A stretch of DNA of 64,000 bases from positions 6,893 to 70,892 of the forward strand of contig JAKOYE010000185.1 of NCBI GenBank assembly GCA_029780675.1, given 5' to 3'. A model generated the notes under the pieces. It saw nothing but the letters and a program-made list of their open reading frames with translations, was not told the origin of the DNA and ran no database searches. This DNA comes from Actinomycetes bacterium. Lineage in GTDB: Bacteria > Actinomycetota > Actinomycetes > Mycobacteriales > Mycobacteriaceae. Each line of letters begins with the position of its first letter. The stretch's first letter is position 1. Below are positions 9,366-19,389 of this stretch, one piece after another. The position numbers were made by a program, and so were the translations under genes.

Positions 9366-10580
9366 ATGACCGATACCGTGGCTCGTCCGGACATCGACCT
9401 GACCGATGGCAACTTCTACGCAGACGGCGGAGCGCGGGCTGCCTACCGCTGGATGCGAGCCCACGAGCCGGTCTTTCGGGACCGCAACGGGTTGGCCGCC
9501 GCCGCCGGCTATCAGGCCGTGATCGAGGCCGAGCGCAACCCCGAACTGTTCTCCTCCACCGGGGGTATCCGACCCGACCAGCCCGCCATGCCCTACATGA
9601 TCGACATGGACGACCCGGCGCACCTGCTGCGCCGCAAACTCGTCAACGCCGGGTTCACCCGCAAGCGGGTGATGGACCAGGCCGCCGGTATCGCGGCGCT
9701 GTGCGATGACCTGATCGACGCGGTGTGCGAGCGCGGGGAGTGCGACTTCGTCCGCGACCTCGCCGCCCCGCTGCCGATGGCGGTGATCGGCGACATGCTG
9801 GGGGTGCTGCCCGGCGACCGCGCAACGCTGCTGAAGTGGTCCGACGATCTGGTGTGCGGGTTGACCTCCGCCGCCGACGAGGCCGCCGTGCAGGCGTTGA
9901 TGCAGGCGTTCGCCGACTACTCGGCGTTCGCGATGGAGACCACGGCCAAGCGCCGGGCCGAGCCGACCGACGACCTGTTCTCGGTGCTGGTCAACGCCGA
10001 GGTCGACGGTCAGCGGATGTCCGACGACGAGATCGTGTTCGAAACCCTGCTGATCCTGATCGGCGGCGACGAGACCACCCGGCACACCCTGTCCGGCGGC
10101 ACCGAACAACTCCTGCGGCACCGCGATCAGTGGGCCCGGTTGTTCGCCGATGCGACCCTGGTGCCCGGTGCCGTCGAGGAGATGCTGCGCTGGACCTCCC
10201 CGGTGAAGAACATGGCCCGGACCCTGACCGCCGACGCCGAGTTCCACGGCGCCCAGTTGCGTGCCGGCGAGAAGATGGTGCTGCTGTTCGAGTCGGCGAA
10301 CTTCGACGAGCAGGTGTTCGGTGATCCGGAGAACTTCCGTATCGACCGAAACCCCAACAGCCACCTGGCATTCGGGTTCGGCACGCATTTCTGCCTCGGT
10401 AACCAACTGGCGCGCCTGGAGTTGACGACGATGCTGCGCCGACTGCTGACCCGGTTGCCCGACCTGCGGCTCGCCCCCGGATGCACCGACTCTGCGCTGC
10501 CGTTGCGGCCGGCGAACTTCGTCAGCGGCCTGGAGGCCATGCCCGTCGTCTTCACGCCGACACGACCGGTGCTCGCCTGA
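9366..10580 (+). CDS. cyp142: cytochrome P450, cholesterol/cholest-4-en-3-one 26-monooxygenase
   Basis: Haem-binding loop FGFGTHFCLGNQLARLE and the EETLR-type ExxR (EEMLRW). Located in the cholesterol cluster. Confidence 0.9.
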   Translation: MTDTVARPDIDLTDGNFYADGGARAAYRWMRAHEPVFRDRNGLAAAAGYQAVIEAERNPELFSSTGGIRPDQPAMPYMIDMDDPAHLLRRKLVNAGFTRKRVMDQAAGIAALCDDLIDAVCERGECDFVRDLAAPLPMAVIGDMLGVLPGDRATLLKWSDDLVCGLTSAADEAAVQALMQAFADYSAFAMETTAKRRAEPTDDLFSVLVNAEVDGQRMSDDEIVFETLLILIGGDETTRHTLSGGTEQLLRHRDQWARLFADATLVPGAVEEMLRWTSPVKNMARTLTADAEFHGAQLRAGEKMVLLFESANFDEQVFGDPENFRIDRNPNSHLAFGFGTHFCLGNQLARLELTTMLRRLLTRLPDLRLAPGCTDSALPLRPANFVSGLEAMPVVFTPTRPVLA

Positions 10581-10675
10581 TCGAACACGCCGAGCGTGCG
10601 ATTCCAGCGCCGCCCGCGGCGTGTCCGGGACGAAACCGCACAGTCGCGGGCGCGGTTGGGTCAGCGCACGGTGGG

Positions 10676-10720
10676 CTACCGCACCGTGAACTAGCGCATC
10701 GTGAACTAGCGCATCGTGAA
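10676..10720. repeat. 3 x 15-bp tandem repeat spanning the echA19 stop codon
   Basis: ctaccgcaccgtgaa / ctagcgcatcgtgaa / ctagcgcatcgtgaa. On the coding (minus) strand each unit ends in an in-frame TAG. Confidence 0.9.
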
Positions 10721-11488
10721 TCGGGGCGGCCGCTTCTCCTTGAACGCCCGCGGCCCCTCCTTGGCATCCTCGGAGAGGAACACCTCGATGCCGATCGTGG
10801 TGTCGATCGCGAAGGCCTCGTTCTCGGGCAGGCCTTCGGTCGCGCGGATCGAGCGCAGGATCGCCTGCACCGCAAGAGGGCCGTTGTTCGCGATCACCTC
10901 GGCGATCTCCAGCGCCTTCCCGAGGGCCTGACCATCGGGCACCACATGGCCGATCAGCCCGATCTCCTTGGCCTCCGCGGCGGTGATGTGCCGTCCGGTC
11001 AGCAGCAGGTCGCAGGCGATGGTGTACGGGATCTGGCGCACCAGGCGCACCGCCGAACCGCCCATCGGGTACAGACTCCAGCGGGCCTCGGAGATGCCGA
11101 ACTTCGCACTCTCGCCGGCCACCCGGATGTCGGTGCCCTGCAGGATCTCGGTGCCCCCGGCGATCGCCGGCCCCTCGACGGCGGCGATCAGCGGCTTGGT
11201 CAGCCGCCGGCCCTTCAGCAGACCGTCGATACGTGACGGGTCGTAGCTGCCGTCCTTGAACGAGTCGCCCGGCGGCTTGGCGGTGGCGGCCTTGAGGTCC
11301 ATGCCCGCGCAGAAGTAACCGCCGGCCCCGGTCAGGATGCACACCCGGATGTCGGGATCGTTGTCGACGCGGTCCCAGGCCTCGACCATGATCGACAACA
11401 TCTCACCGGACAGCGCATTGCGGGACTCCGGACGGTTCATCGTGACGATGAGGACGTGCCCGCGCTGCTCGATCAGGGCATCAGCCAT
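10706..11488 (-). CDS. echA19: enoyl-CoA hydratase
   Basis: 260 aa crotonase fold with the FCAGMDL oxyanion motif. ATG 11488 is preceded by GGAGGAGG. Confidence 0.9.
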   Translation of the reverse strand: MADALIEQRGHVLIVTMNRPESRNALSGEMLSIMVEAWDRVDNDPDIRVCILTGAGGYFCAGMDLKAATAKPPGDSFKDGSYDPSRIDGLLKGRRLTKPLIAAVEGPAIAGGTEILQGTDIRVAGESAKFGISEARWSLYPMGGSAVRLVRQIPYTIACDLLLTGRHITAAEAKEIGLIGHVVPDGQALGKALEIAEVIANNGPLAVQAILRSIRATEGLPENEAFAIDTTIGIEVFLSEDAKEGPRAFKEKRPPRFTMR

Positions 11489-11518
11489 AGGTCCTCCTCC
11501 CATATCCTTGAGAAAAAA

Positions 11519-11532
11519 TGTAACACGTTCTA
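11519..11532. promoter_or_regulatory. KstR operator box between echA19 and fadD19
   Basis: TGTAACACGTTCTA fits TnnAACnnGTTnnA. It lies in the 55-nt divergent intergenic region. Confidence 0.75.
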
Positions 11533-11543
11533 ATTTGGGCACT

Positions 11544-13193
11544 GTGGCCTTGAACATCGCCGATCTTGCCGAGCACGCCATCGATGCCGTCCCCGATCGG
11601 GTGGCCCTGATCTGCGGGGATGACCAGATCACCTACGCCGAACTCGAGGAGAAGGCAAACCGGTTCGCGCACTATCTGATCGACCACGGCGTCGGCAGGG
11701 GGGACAAGGTCGGACTGTACTGCCGCAACCGCATCGAGATCGTGATCGCCATGCTGGGCATCGTCAAGGCCGGCGCGATCCTGGTCAACGTCAACTACCG
11801 CTACGTCGAGGCCGAACTTCGCTACCTGTTCGACAACTCCGACATGGTGGCCCTGGTGCACGAACGCCGATACGCCGACCGGGTGGCCAACGTGCTGCCG
11901 GACACGCGGAACGTGAAGACCGTCATCGTGGTCGACGACGGCACCGACGCCGACTACACCGGCTACGGCGGGGTGGATTTCGACGACGCCCTCGCCCAGG
12001 GTTCACCCGAACGCGACTTCGGCGAGCGCAGCGCCGACGACATCTATCTGCTGTACACCGGCGGCACCACCGGTTTCCCCAAGGGGGTGATGTGGCGCCA
12101 CGAGGACATCTACCGAGTGCTGCTGGGCGGCACCGACTTCGGCACCGGGGAGTTCGTCAAAGACGAGTACGACCACGCCCGCCAGGCCACGGCCGGCCCG
12201 CCGATGATCCGCTTCCCGATCCCCCCGATGATCCACGGCGCCACCCAGTCGGCCACCTGGATGGCGCTGTTCGCCGGCCAGACCGTCGTGCTGGCGCCGG
12301 AATTCGACGCCGAAGAGGTGTGGCGGGCGATCGAGAAGCACAAAGTCAACCTGTTGTTCTTCACCGGCGATGCGATGGGTCGGCCGCTGCTCGACGCCCT
12401 GGAGGGTACCGTCGAGGACCGCGACCTGTCCTCGCTGTTCCTGCTGGCCAGCACCGCCGCATTGTTCTCGCCCAGTCTCAAGCAGCGCTTCCTGGAACTG
12501 TTGCCGAACCGGGTCATCACCGACTCCATCGGCTCTTCGGAGACCGGGTTCGGCGGGACCAGCATCGTCGCCAAAGGCCAGACGCAGGCGGGCGGCCCGC
12601 GGGTCAGCATCGACAAGAACACCGTCGTCCTCGACGAGGACGGCAACGAGGTGCAACCCGGCTCCGGGGTCCGCGGCATCCTGGCCAAGCGCGGGAACAT
12701 CCCGGTCGGCTATTACAAGGACAAAGTGAAGACCGCCGAGACGTTCCGCGTCATCAACGGGGTGCGTTACGCGATCCCCGGCGACTACGCGATGGTCGAA
12801 GCCGACGGCACCGTCACCATGCTGGGCCGGGGTTCGGTCTCCATCAACACGGGCGGGGAGAAGGTCTACCCCGAAGAGGTGGAGGCCGCGCTGAAGGGGC
12901 ATCCCGATGTGTTCGACGCCCTGGTGGTCGGTGTGCCCGACGAACGCTACGGCCAGCATGTGGCCGCGGTGGTCGCCCCGCGGCCGGGCGCCCGGCCGAC
13001 GCTGGCGGACCTGGATGCGTTCGTGCGCCATCAGATTGCCGGATACAAGGTGCCGCGCAGCCTCTGGCTGGTCGACGAAGTCCAGCGCTCCCCGGCCGGC
13101 AAGCCCGACTACACCTGGGCCAAGAAGCAGACCGAACTACGGCCCGCCGACGAGGTCAACGCCAAACATCGAGCAAGCGAGGAACCCGTCTGA
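11544..13193 (+). CDS. fadD19: steroid-side-chain acyl-CoA synthetase
   Basis: AMP-binding motif [14 protein letters not shown]. The N-terminus [19 protein letters not shown] matches the recalled FadD19 start. The track ORF starts upstream at 11337, inside echA19. Confidence 0.9.
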   Translation: MALNIADLAEHAIDAVPDRVALICGDDQITYAELEEKANRFAHYLIDHGVGRGDKVGLYCRNRIEIVIAMLGIVKAGAILVNVNYRYVEAELRYLFDNSDMVALVHERRYADRVANVLPDTRNVKTVIVVDDGTDADYTGYGGVDFDDALAQGSPERDFGERSADDIYLLYTGGTTGFPKGVMWRHEDIYRVLLGGTDFGTGEFVKDEYDHARQATAGPPMIRFPIPPMIHGATQSATWMALFAGQTVVLAPEFDAEEVWRAIEKHKVNLLFFTGDAMGRPLLDALEGTVEDRDLSSLFLLASTAALFSPSLKQRFLELLPNRVITDSIGSSETGFGGTSIVAKGQTQAGGPRVSIDKNTVVLDEDGNEVQPGSGVRGILAKRGNIPVGYYKDKVKTAETFRVINGVRYAIPGDYAMVEADGTVTMLGRGSVSINTGGEKVYPEEVEAALKGHPDVFDALVVGVPDERYGQHVAAVVAPRPGARPTLADLDAFVRHQIAGYKVPRSLWLVDEVQRSPAGKPDYTWAKKQTELRPADEVNAKHRASEEPV

Positions 13194-14326
13194 TGCGCAC
13201 CGCACTGTGCGACCGATTCGGCATCGATTACCCCCTCTTCGTCTTCACCCCGTCGGAGAAGGTGGCGGCGGCGGTCACGCGGGCCGGCGGGATGGGCGTG
13301 CTGGGCTGCGTGCGGTTCAACGACCCCGACGATCTGGAGTCGGTGCTGTGCTGGATGGACGCCAACACCGACGGCAAACCGTACGGTGTCGACGTCGTGA
13401 TGCCGGCGAAGGTCCCGACCGAGGGCAGCAGTATCGACATCAACAAGCTGATTCCGCGGGGGCACCGGGACTTCGTCGACACGACCCTGGCCGCACTCGG
13501 CGTGCCCCCGCTACCCGGCGACGGCCCCGGTAACGAAGGCGTCCTGGGCTGGTTGCACTCAGTGGCTCGCTCGCACGTCGACGTCGCACTCGGCCTCGGG
13601 AAACCGCGTCACCGGATCAGCCTCATCGCCAACGCGCTGGGGTCGCCGCCGGCGGACGTGCTCGAGCAGGCGCATGATGCCGGCGTCCCGGTGGCGGCGC
13701 TCGCCGGGACCGCCGGACACGCTCTCCGGCACGCCGATAACGGCGTCGACATCGTCGTCGCCCAGGGATACGAGGCCGGCGGCCACACCGGCGAGATCGC
13801 CTCCATGGTGCTGGTGCCGGAGGTCGTCGGGGCAGTCGGCGACACCCCCGTCCTGGCCGCCGGCGGAATCGGCACCGGAGCCCAGGTCGCCGCCGCGCTG
13901 GCGTTGGGGGCATCCGGGGTCTGGATGGGTTCGGCGTTCCTCACCGCCAGCGAGTACGACCTGGGCGAGCGCGCCGAAGGTGGCCCGTCGGTGATCCAGC
14001 AGGCACTGCTGGCCGCGACGTCCAGCGATACGGTGCGCCGAAAGATCTACTCCGGCAAGCCCGCTCGACTTCTCAAGAGTCGATGGACGGATGCCTGGGA
14101 CGCCGAGGGCGCCCCCGATCCGCTGCCGATGCCGTTGCAGAACGTGCTGGTCGCCGAGGCGCACGCCCGGATGAGCCGGTCACAGGATCCCACCGCGGTG
14201 GCAATGCCGGTGGGTCAGATCGTCGGCCGGATGAACACGATCCGGCCGGCCGCGGAGATCGTGGCGGAACTGGTGTCCGGGTTCGAGGCGGCGACCCGGC
14301 GACTGGACGATATCCGCGACGCCTGA
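13193..14326 (+). CDS. nitronate monooxygenase / 2-nitropropane dioxygenase family (Rv3553-like)
   Basis: ATG 13193 overlaps the fadD19 stop (TGATG). FMN-barrel motif GGIGTGAQVAAALALGASGVWMGSAFL. Confidence 0.85.
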   Translation: MRTALCDRFGIDYPLFVFTPSEKVAAAVTRAGGMGVLGCVRFNDPDDLESVLCWMDANTDGKPYGVDVVMPAKVPTEGSSIDINKLIPRGHRDFVDTTLAALGVPPLPGDGPGNEGVLGWLHSVARSHVDVALGLGKPRHRISLIANALGSPPADVLEQAHDAGVPVAALAGTAGHALRHADNGVDIVVAQGYEAGGHTGEIASMVLVPEVVGAVGDTPVLAAGGIGTGAQVAAALALGASGVWMGSAFLTASEYDLGERAEGGPSVIQQALLAATSSDTVRRKIYSGKPARLLKSRWTDAWDAEGAPDPLPMPLQNVLVAEAHARMSRSQDPTAVAMPVGQIVGRMNTIRPAAEIVAELVSGFEAATRRLDDIRDA

Positions 14327-14350
14327 GTCGCCGCGCTCTACAGTCGGTTC

Positions 14351-15904
14351 GTGAACGGCGCCCAGGCACTCATCACCACGCTGGTCGACAACGACATCCG
14401 GGTGTGTTTCGCCAACCCGGGAACCTCGGAGATGCATTTCGTCGCCGCCCTGGATGCCGTGCCCGACATGCGCGGTGTGCTCACCCTTTTCGAGGGGGTG
14501 GCCACCGGAGCGGCGGACGGATACGCCCGGATGTCCGCAGACCCCGCCGCGGTGCTGCTGCATCTGGGGCCAGGCCTGGGAAACGGGCTCGCCAACCTGC
14601 ACAACGCCCGTCGCGCCCACGTGCCGATGCTGGTCGTCGTCGGCGACCACGCGACGTATCACAAACGTTACGACGCGCCGTTGGAGTCCGACATCGACTC
14701 CGTGGCCGGCACCGTGTCGGGGTGGGTGCGCCGCACCATGAGCGCGGCCGATGTCGGCGCCGACACGCTGGCCGCCATCGCCTTCGCCCGCGCCGAGCAC
14801 CGTATCGCCACCGTGATCCTGCCCGCGGACGTGTCCTGGTCCGATGGTGCCGGTCTGGCGGAAACTGCTGACGCACAGACCGATACCCGCGAATTCGATT
14901 TCGCCGCCGCGGAGGAGGCGCTGCTTTCCGGGGAGCCCGCCGTCATCCTGGTGGGCGGTGACGCCACCCGGTCGGCGGGACTCGAGGCCGCGGCGAGGCT
15001 GGCGCTGCGATTCGGGGCGAAGCTGTTCTGCGAGACCTTCCCGACCCGGTTGGAGCGCGGCGCGGGGATCCCGGCCGTCGAACGGATCGCCTACTTCGGG
15101 GAGGCGGCGGTCGAACAGTTGCGCGGCGCGCGTCGACTGATCCTGGCCGGGGCGGCCGCACCGGTGACGTTCTTCGGCTACCCGGGTAAGCCCAGCGATC
15201 TGGTGCCGGAGGGCTGCGAGGTGCACACGCTGTCCGGGCCGGTCGGCGCGGCCGCGGCACTCACCGCACTCGCCGACGCGTTGGCACCGGACGTCGTCGC
15301 ACCCACGGTGCCGGCGGCACCCCCGGACCTGCCGGCCGGGCCGCTGACCGTGCAGACCTCGGCGCAGGTGATCGGCGCGATGCTGCCCGAACGGGCGATC
15401 GTGGTCGACGAGTCCAACACCTCCGGTCTGCTGCTTCCCCAGTTCACCGCCGGCGCCCCCGCGCACGACTGGCTGACGCTCACCGGCGGTTCGATCGGCT
15501 ACGCGTTGCCGGTGGCGCTCGGCGCCGCGGTGGCGGCCCCGGACCGGCCGGTGCTGTGCCTGGAGTCCGACGGTTCGGCGATGTACACCATCTCGGCGTT
15601 GTGGAGCCACGCCCGGGAGAACCTCGACATCACCACCGTGGTGTACGCGAACCGGGCCTATGACATCCTGCGCATCGAACTGCAGCGGGTCGGTGCGCAG
15701 AGCGGTACCGGGCCCGGGCCCGAGGCGGAGTCGCTGCTGGACCTGACCCCGCCGGTGCTGGATTTCGTGATGATCGCGCAGGGGATGGGCGTTCCGGCCC
15801 GCCGGGTCGATACCGCCGAAGAGCTCGCCGAAGCGCTGCGGTGGGCGTTCGGCACACCCGGACCGCATCTGATCGAGGCGGTCATGCCCTCCCTCGCCGG
15901 CTGA
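14351..15904 (+). CDS. ilvX: thiamine-diphosphate enzyme, acetolactate-synthase-like
   Basis: 517 aa. N-terminal TPP pyrimidine-domain sequence and the C-terminal TPP motif GGSIGYALP...ESDGSAMY. Confidence 0.85.
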   Translation: MNGAQALITTLVDNDIRVCFANPGTSEMHFVAALDAVPDMRGVLTLFEGVATGAADGYARMSADPAAVLLHLGPGLGNGLANLHNARRAHVPMLVVVGDHATYHKRYDAPLESDIDSVAGTVSGWVRRTMSAADVGADTLAAIAFARAEHRIATVILPADVSWSDGAGLAETADAQTDTREFDFAAAEEALLSGEPAVILVGGDATRSAGLEAAARLALRFGAKLFCETFPTRLERGAGIPAVERIAYFGEAAVEQLRGARRLILAGAAAPVTFFGYPGKPSDLVPEGCEVHTLSGPVGAAAALTALADALAPDVVAPTVPAAPPDLPAGPLTVQTSAQVIGAMLPERAIVVDESNTSGLLLPQFTAGAPAHDWLTLTGGSIGYALPVALGAAVAAPDRPVLCLESDGSAMYTISALWSHARENLDITTVVYANRAYDILRIELQRVGAQSGTGPGPEAESLLDLTPPVLDFVMIAQGMGVPARRVDTAEELAEALRWAFGTPGPHLIEAVMPSLAG

Positions 15905-15910
15905 ACCGGG

Positions 15911-16609
15911 TTACTCCGCGAGGCGTTGCGCGGCGAAATCCGCTGCCTGGGAGGCCATCCCGTTCACCCCGTACAGCAGGTGCGGCACGATGCTGGCGCT
16001 CTGATCCGGCGAGCAGATCGGATCGCCGGCGACACACAGGTCGATGGTCTTCGCGGCGAACACCGGGTTGGCGTTGATCGGCGGCATGTTCTCGGCGTTC
16101 AGTGTCGCGGCGGACGGCTTGCCGAAAAGCGCCACCGCGGCTACATGCTCACCGGTCTCGGGCGGAAGCGGCGCAGGCAGGCCCGGAAGGGCAGCCGATC
16201 CGACTGCGGTGCCGTCGGAGGTCAGCAGGGCGATCACGCCGGCGCCCTGGGAGTAGCCGCCCAGCACCATCCTGGTGGCCGGACACCGGGCGATCATGTC
16301 GCGGACATGGTTACCCGCGTCGGCAACGCCCTCGACCGCGGTCGGGTAGTCCCGACTGGCCGGATAGTTGACCGGGTAGACCTCGACGGTCCCGTGGTCG
16401 CCGATATCAGACCTGAGCGCGGCCATGAGGGCATCGACGAAGGCCTGCCCGATCACACCGACACCCATCGGCTCACCGGTGCCCCGGGCGAACACCACGT
16501 CGACGTCCGGGCAGGGATCCGCCGCCGCGGCGGGGGCGCCGACCAGCGTCACCAGCGATGCACTGACCGTGGCAATGACGGTGCCGGTGGCGACCACAGA
16601 AGACCTCAC
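15911..16609 (-). CDS. secreted cutinase-family hydrolase
   Basis: Has a signal peptide, DPCPDVDVVFARGT, and the nucleophile elbow GYSQGA. Confidence 0.85.
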   Translation of the reverse strand: MRSSVVATGTVIATVSASLVTLVGAPAAAADPCPDVDVVFARGTGEPMGVGVIGQAFVDALMAALRSDIGDHGTVEVYPVNYPASRDYPTAVEGVADAGNHVRDMIARCPATRMVLGGYSQGAGVIALLTSDGTAVGSAALPGLPAPLPPETGEHVAAVALFGKPSAATLNAENMPPINANPVFAAKTIDLCVAGDPICSPDQSASIVPHLLYGVNGMASQAADFAAQRLAE

Positions 16610-16673
16610 GGACTGCAGAGCCTATCGGCCTGCCCCGACACCGAGGTAGGCCCAAACCGCCGCCGCGATTCGA

Positions 16674-17771
16674 TCAGGCCGGCGTGTCGGCCAGGTCCCG
16701 GCCGATGACCCGCAGGTGAGCGGTGGCCCCACCGAGGGCGAACTCGGTCTGCTTCGCCGTGATGAAGTAGCGGTGCACCGGGTGGTCCATATCGATGCCG
16801 ACACCGCCGTGCACATGGACGGCGGTGTGAGCGACCCGGTGGCCCGCATCGGCCGCCCAGAACGCCGCGGTGGCCACCTCGGGACCGGCGGGCAGGTCCT
16901 CCGACAGCCGCCATGCCGCCTGGTCGAGGGTCAGCCGCAGGCCCTTGATGTCGATGTAGCCGTCGGCGAGTCGCTGCGAGACCGCCTGGAAGCTGCCGAT
17001 CGGCCGGTCGAACTGCTCGCGGGTGCGGGCGTACTCTGCGGTCAGTTCCAGGGCGCGCTCGAGAACACCGAGTTGGTAGGCGGCCAAGCCCACGGCACGC
17101 CGGTCGGTCAGCCAAGTCACGAGGTCGTCGCCGCCGACCAGGCGGTCGGCCGGTATCTCGGCACCGGCGAGGTCGAGTTCCCCCGAACTGGTGAGTCCGG
17201 TGGTCTGCAACGGGGTCACCGAGACTCCGTCGTCGGCCGCGGTGACGAGAAACACCTGCTTCCCGGCGTCGGTCTCGGCGGGAACGAGGTAGGCGTCGGC
17301 CACCGGTCCGAAGGGCACCTGGGTGCGGCTGCCGCTCAGTCGGTATCCCCCGGGGGACGCGGTGGCCCGGACCGGTGGCTGGCCCAGTTCACCGTCGAGG
17401 GCGACGGTCAGGATCCGCTCGCCTGAAACCGCGGACCGGGCCCACGATTGCCCCGGTGCCCCGGAATCGCCGCGCGCCAACGCCCCCGCTGCCAGCACCA
17501 CCGACTCCAGGTACGGCACCGCCGCGATGTGCCGGCCCAGCGCGGTCAGGACCGCTGTCTGTTCGAGAATCCCGAAGCCGCCCCCGCCGACGGACTCCGG
17601 CGCGGCGGCGGACAGGATGTCGGCGTCGATCAGCGCGCGCCACAGCGTCTCGTCGACGCGCTGATCGAGACCGTCCAGCACGCGCTGATGCTCCGGGGTG
17701 CACACCGCGTCGACGATGGTGGTGACCAGGCCGGAAAGATCCTGCGCCGCTTCGGTTCTGGTGAAATCCAT
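16674..17771 (-). CDS. fadE27: acyl-CoA dehydrogenase subunit (ChsE5-type)
   Basis: 365 aa ACAD fold. Lies directly downstream of fadE26, as in M. tuberculosis. Confidence 0.85.
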   Translation of the reverse strand: MDFTRTEAAQDLSGLVTTIVDAVCTPEHQRVLDGLDQRVDETLWRALIDADILSAAAPESVGGGGFGILEQTAVLTALGRHIAAVPYLESVVLAAGALARGDSGAPGQSWARSAVSGERILTVALDGELGQPPVRATASPGGYRLSGSRTQVPFGPVADAYLVPAETDAGKQVFLVTAADDGVSVTPLQTTGLTSSGELDLAGAEIPADRLVGGDDLVTWLTDRRAVGLAAYQLGVLERALELTAEYARTREQFDRPIGSFQAVSQRLADGYIDIKGLRLTLDQAAWRLSEDLPAGPEVATAAFWAADAGHRVAHTAVHVHGGVGIDMDHPVHRYFITAKQTEFALGGATAHLRVIGRDLADTPA

Positions 17772-17784
17772 CGCAGTCTCCTGA

Positions 17785-18990
17785 TCAGCGGTTCCGGGGT
17801 AGGCCGAGGGCCACCATGCCGATGATGTCGCGCTGCACCTCGTTGGTGCCGCCGCCGAAGGTGAGGATCAGCGCCGCCCGGTGCATCCGCTCGATCCGAC
17901 CGCGCAGCAGCGCGCCGGGGGAGTCCTGCCGAAGCGTCGCCGAGGGTCCCAGGACCTCCATCAGCAGCCGGTAGGCCTCGCAGGCCAATTCGGTACCGAA
18001 CACCTTGGCCGCGGAGGCGTCCGCCGGTGAGGGTGCGGCGGCCTGAGCCGAGGCGAGTTCCCAATTGATCAACTTCAGATACTCGGCCTTGGCGTGGACC
18101 CGGGCGAGGTTCAGTTGGACCCACTCGGAGTCGATCAGCCGCTCGCCGCGAGTAGCTCCGTGAGTCTCCAGCGGGGTGTTCTGTGCCCAGGCCCGTACCT
18201 GGTTGAGGGCGGTGAAGATCGGCTGCGCGGACACCAGCGCGACACGTTCGTGGTTGAGCTGGTTGGTCACCAGCTTCCAGCCGCCGTTCTCGTCGCCGAC
18301 ACGGTTGCCGACCGGCACCCGGACGTCCTGGTAGTACGTCGCGCTCGTACCCGGGCCGGCCATGGTGTGCACAGGTGTCCAGGAGAAACCTTCGGCGGTG
18401 GTGGGCACGATCAGCACCGAGATACCGCGGTGCTTCTTGGCTCCACCGTCGGAGCCGGTGCCGGTGCGCACCGCCAGCCAGACGTAGTCGGCGTACTGGA
18501 TCAGACTCGTCCACATCTTCTGGCCGTTGATGACGTAGTCGTCCCCGTCGCGGATCGCGGAGGTGCGGAGGTTGGCCAGATCGGTACCCGCCTCGGGTTC
18601 GGAGTATCCGATCGCGAAATGGATGTCCCCCGAGGCGATCCTGGGCAGGTAGAACTTCTTCTGCTCCTCGGTGCCGAACGCCATGATGGTCGGCGCCACG
18701 CTGTTGATGGTCAGGAACGGCACCGGAGCGCCGGCCACCGCCGCCTCGTCGGTGAAGATCAGTTGATCCATGGCGGGGCGGGCCTGACCGCCGTACTCCT
18801 CGGGCCACCCCAGTGCCAGCCATCCGTCGCGGCCCATCTGCGCGACGGTCTCGCGGTAGACGTCGCCGCTGCCGTACTCGCCGGTGGTCGCCATCAGGGC
18901 CTCGCGGCGTTCGGGCGTGAGCAGCCTGTCGAAGTAGGCCCGCAGTTCCCGGCGTAGCGACTCCTGTTCCGGGGTGTAGCTAATGCGCAT
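17785..18990 (-). CDS. fadE26: acyl-CoA dehydrogenase subunit (ChsE4-type)
   Basis: 401 aa ACAD fold. It is the first gene of a KstR-boxed operon. Confidence 0.88.
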   Translation of the reverse strand: MRISYTPEQESLRRELRAYFDRLLTPERREALMATTGEYGSGDVYRETVAQMGRDGWLALGWPEEYGGQARPAMDQLIFTDEAAVAGAPVPFLTINSVAPTIMAFGTEEQKKFYLPRIASGDIHFAIGYSEPEAGTDLANLRTSAIRDGDDYVINGQKMWTSLIQYADYVWLAVRTGTGSDGGAKKHRGISVLIVPTTAEGFSWTPVHTMAGPGTSATYYQDVRVPVGNRVGDENGGWKLVTNQLNHERVALVSAQPIFTALNQVRAWAQNTPLETHGATRGERLIDSEWVQLNLARVHAKAEYLKLINWELASAQAAAPSPADASAAKVFGTELACEAYRLLMEVLGPSATLRQDSPGALLRGRIERMHRAALILTFGGGTNEVQRDIIGMVALGLPRNR

Positions 18991-19058
18991 CGCCTGCGAC
19001 CTCTTCCGGTGGTGTTGGGCAGGTGTTGAACACGTGGCGACCCGCCGACCTCCTTTTT

Positions 19059-19072
19059 TGTAACAGGTTCTA
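19059..19072. promoter_or_regulatory. KstR operator box between fadE26 and fdxD
   Basis: TGTAACAGGTTCTA fits TnnAACnnGTTnnA. A weaker half-similar site, GTTGAACACGTGG, lies at 19025-19037. Confidence 0.75.
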
Positions 19073-19113
19073 GTCTGGGAATCCAGCAGGCGATGTGACC
19101 GGCGGATGACGGC

Positions 19114-19165
19114 TGAGGTCGTAACGTGAGGTCGTAACGTGAGGTGGCGTCGTATCGTGAGGCGG
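19114..19165. repeat. 13-bp tandem repeat array upstream of fdxD
   Basis: TGAGGTCGTAACG occurs twice perfectly (19114-19139). Two degenerate copies follow (TGAGGTggcGTCGTAtCG, TGAGGcgg). Confidence 0.8.
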
Positions 19166-19185
19166 GAATGATTCGAGGAGGAACC

Positions 19186-19377
19186 ATGCGCGTCGTAGTG
19201 GATCGGGATCGCTGTGAAGGCAACGCCATCTGCGTGGGCATTGCGCCGAACCTGTTCGAACTCGACGACGACGACTACGTGGTGGTGACCAAGGACCCGA
19301 TCCCGGCAGCCGCGGAGGCACTCGCCGAACAGGCCATCGCCGAATGCCCGCGCGCCGCTCTGAGCCGACGCGACTAG
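19186..19377 (+). CDS. fdxD: small [3Fe-4S]-type ferredoxin
   Basis: 63 aa starting MRVVVDRDRCEGNAICVGIAP, with ...AECP at the C-terminus. GAGGAGGA lies upstream of ATG 19186. Confidence 0.8.
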   Translation: MRVVVDRDRCEGNAICVGIAPNLFELDDDDYVVVTKDPIPAAAEALAEQAIAECPRAALSRRD

Positions 19378-19389
19378 AGGTAGTCACCC

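Noticed and set aside
9282-11342. 686-aa minus-strand ORF, plus similar very long ORFs (5464..7368 +, 14180..15868 -, 12003..13031 -, 25784..27073 -, 58796..60139 -).
   Set aside because: These are typical high-GC shadow ORFs lying over well-supported genes on the other strand. Their products are Arg/Gly/Pro-rich and carry no motifs.
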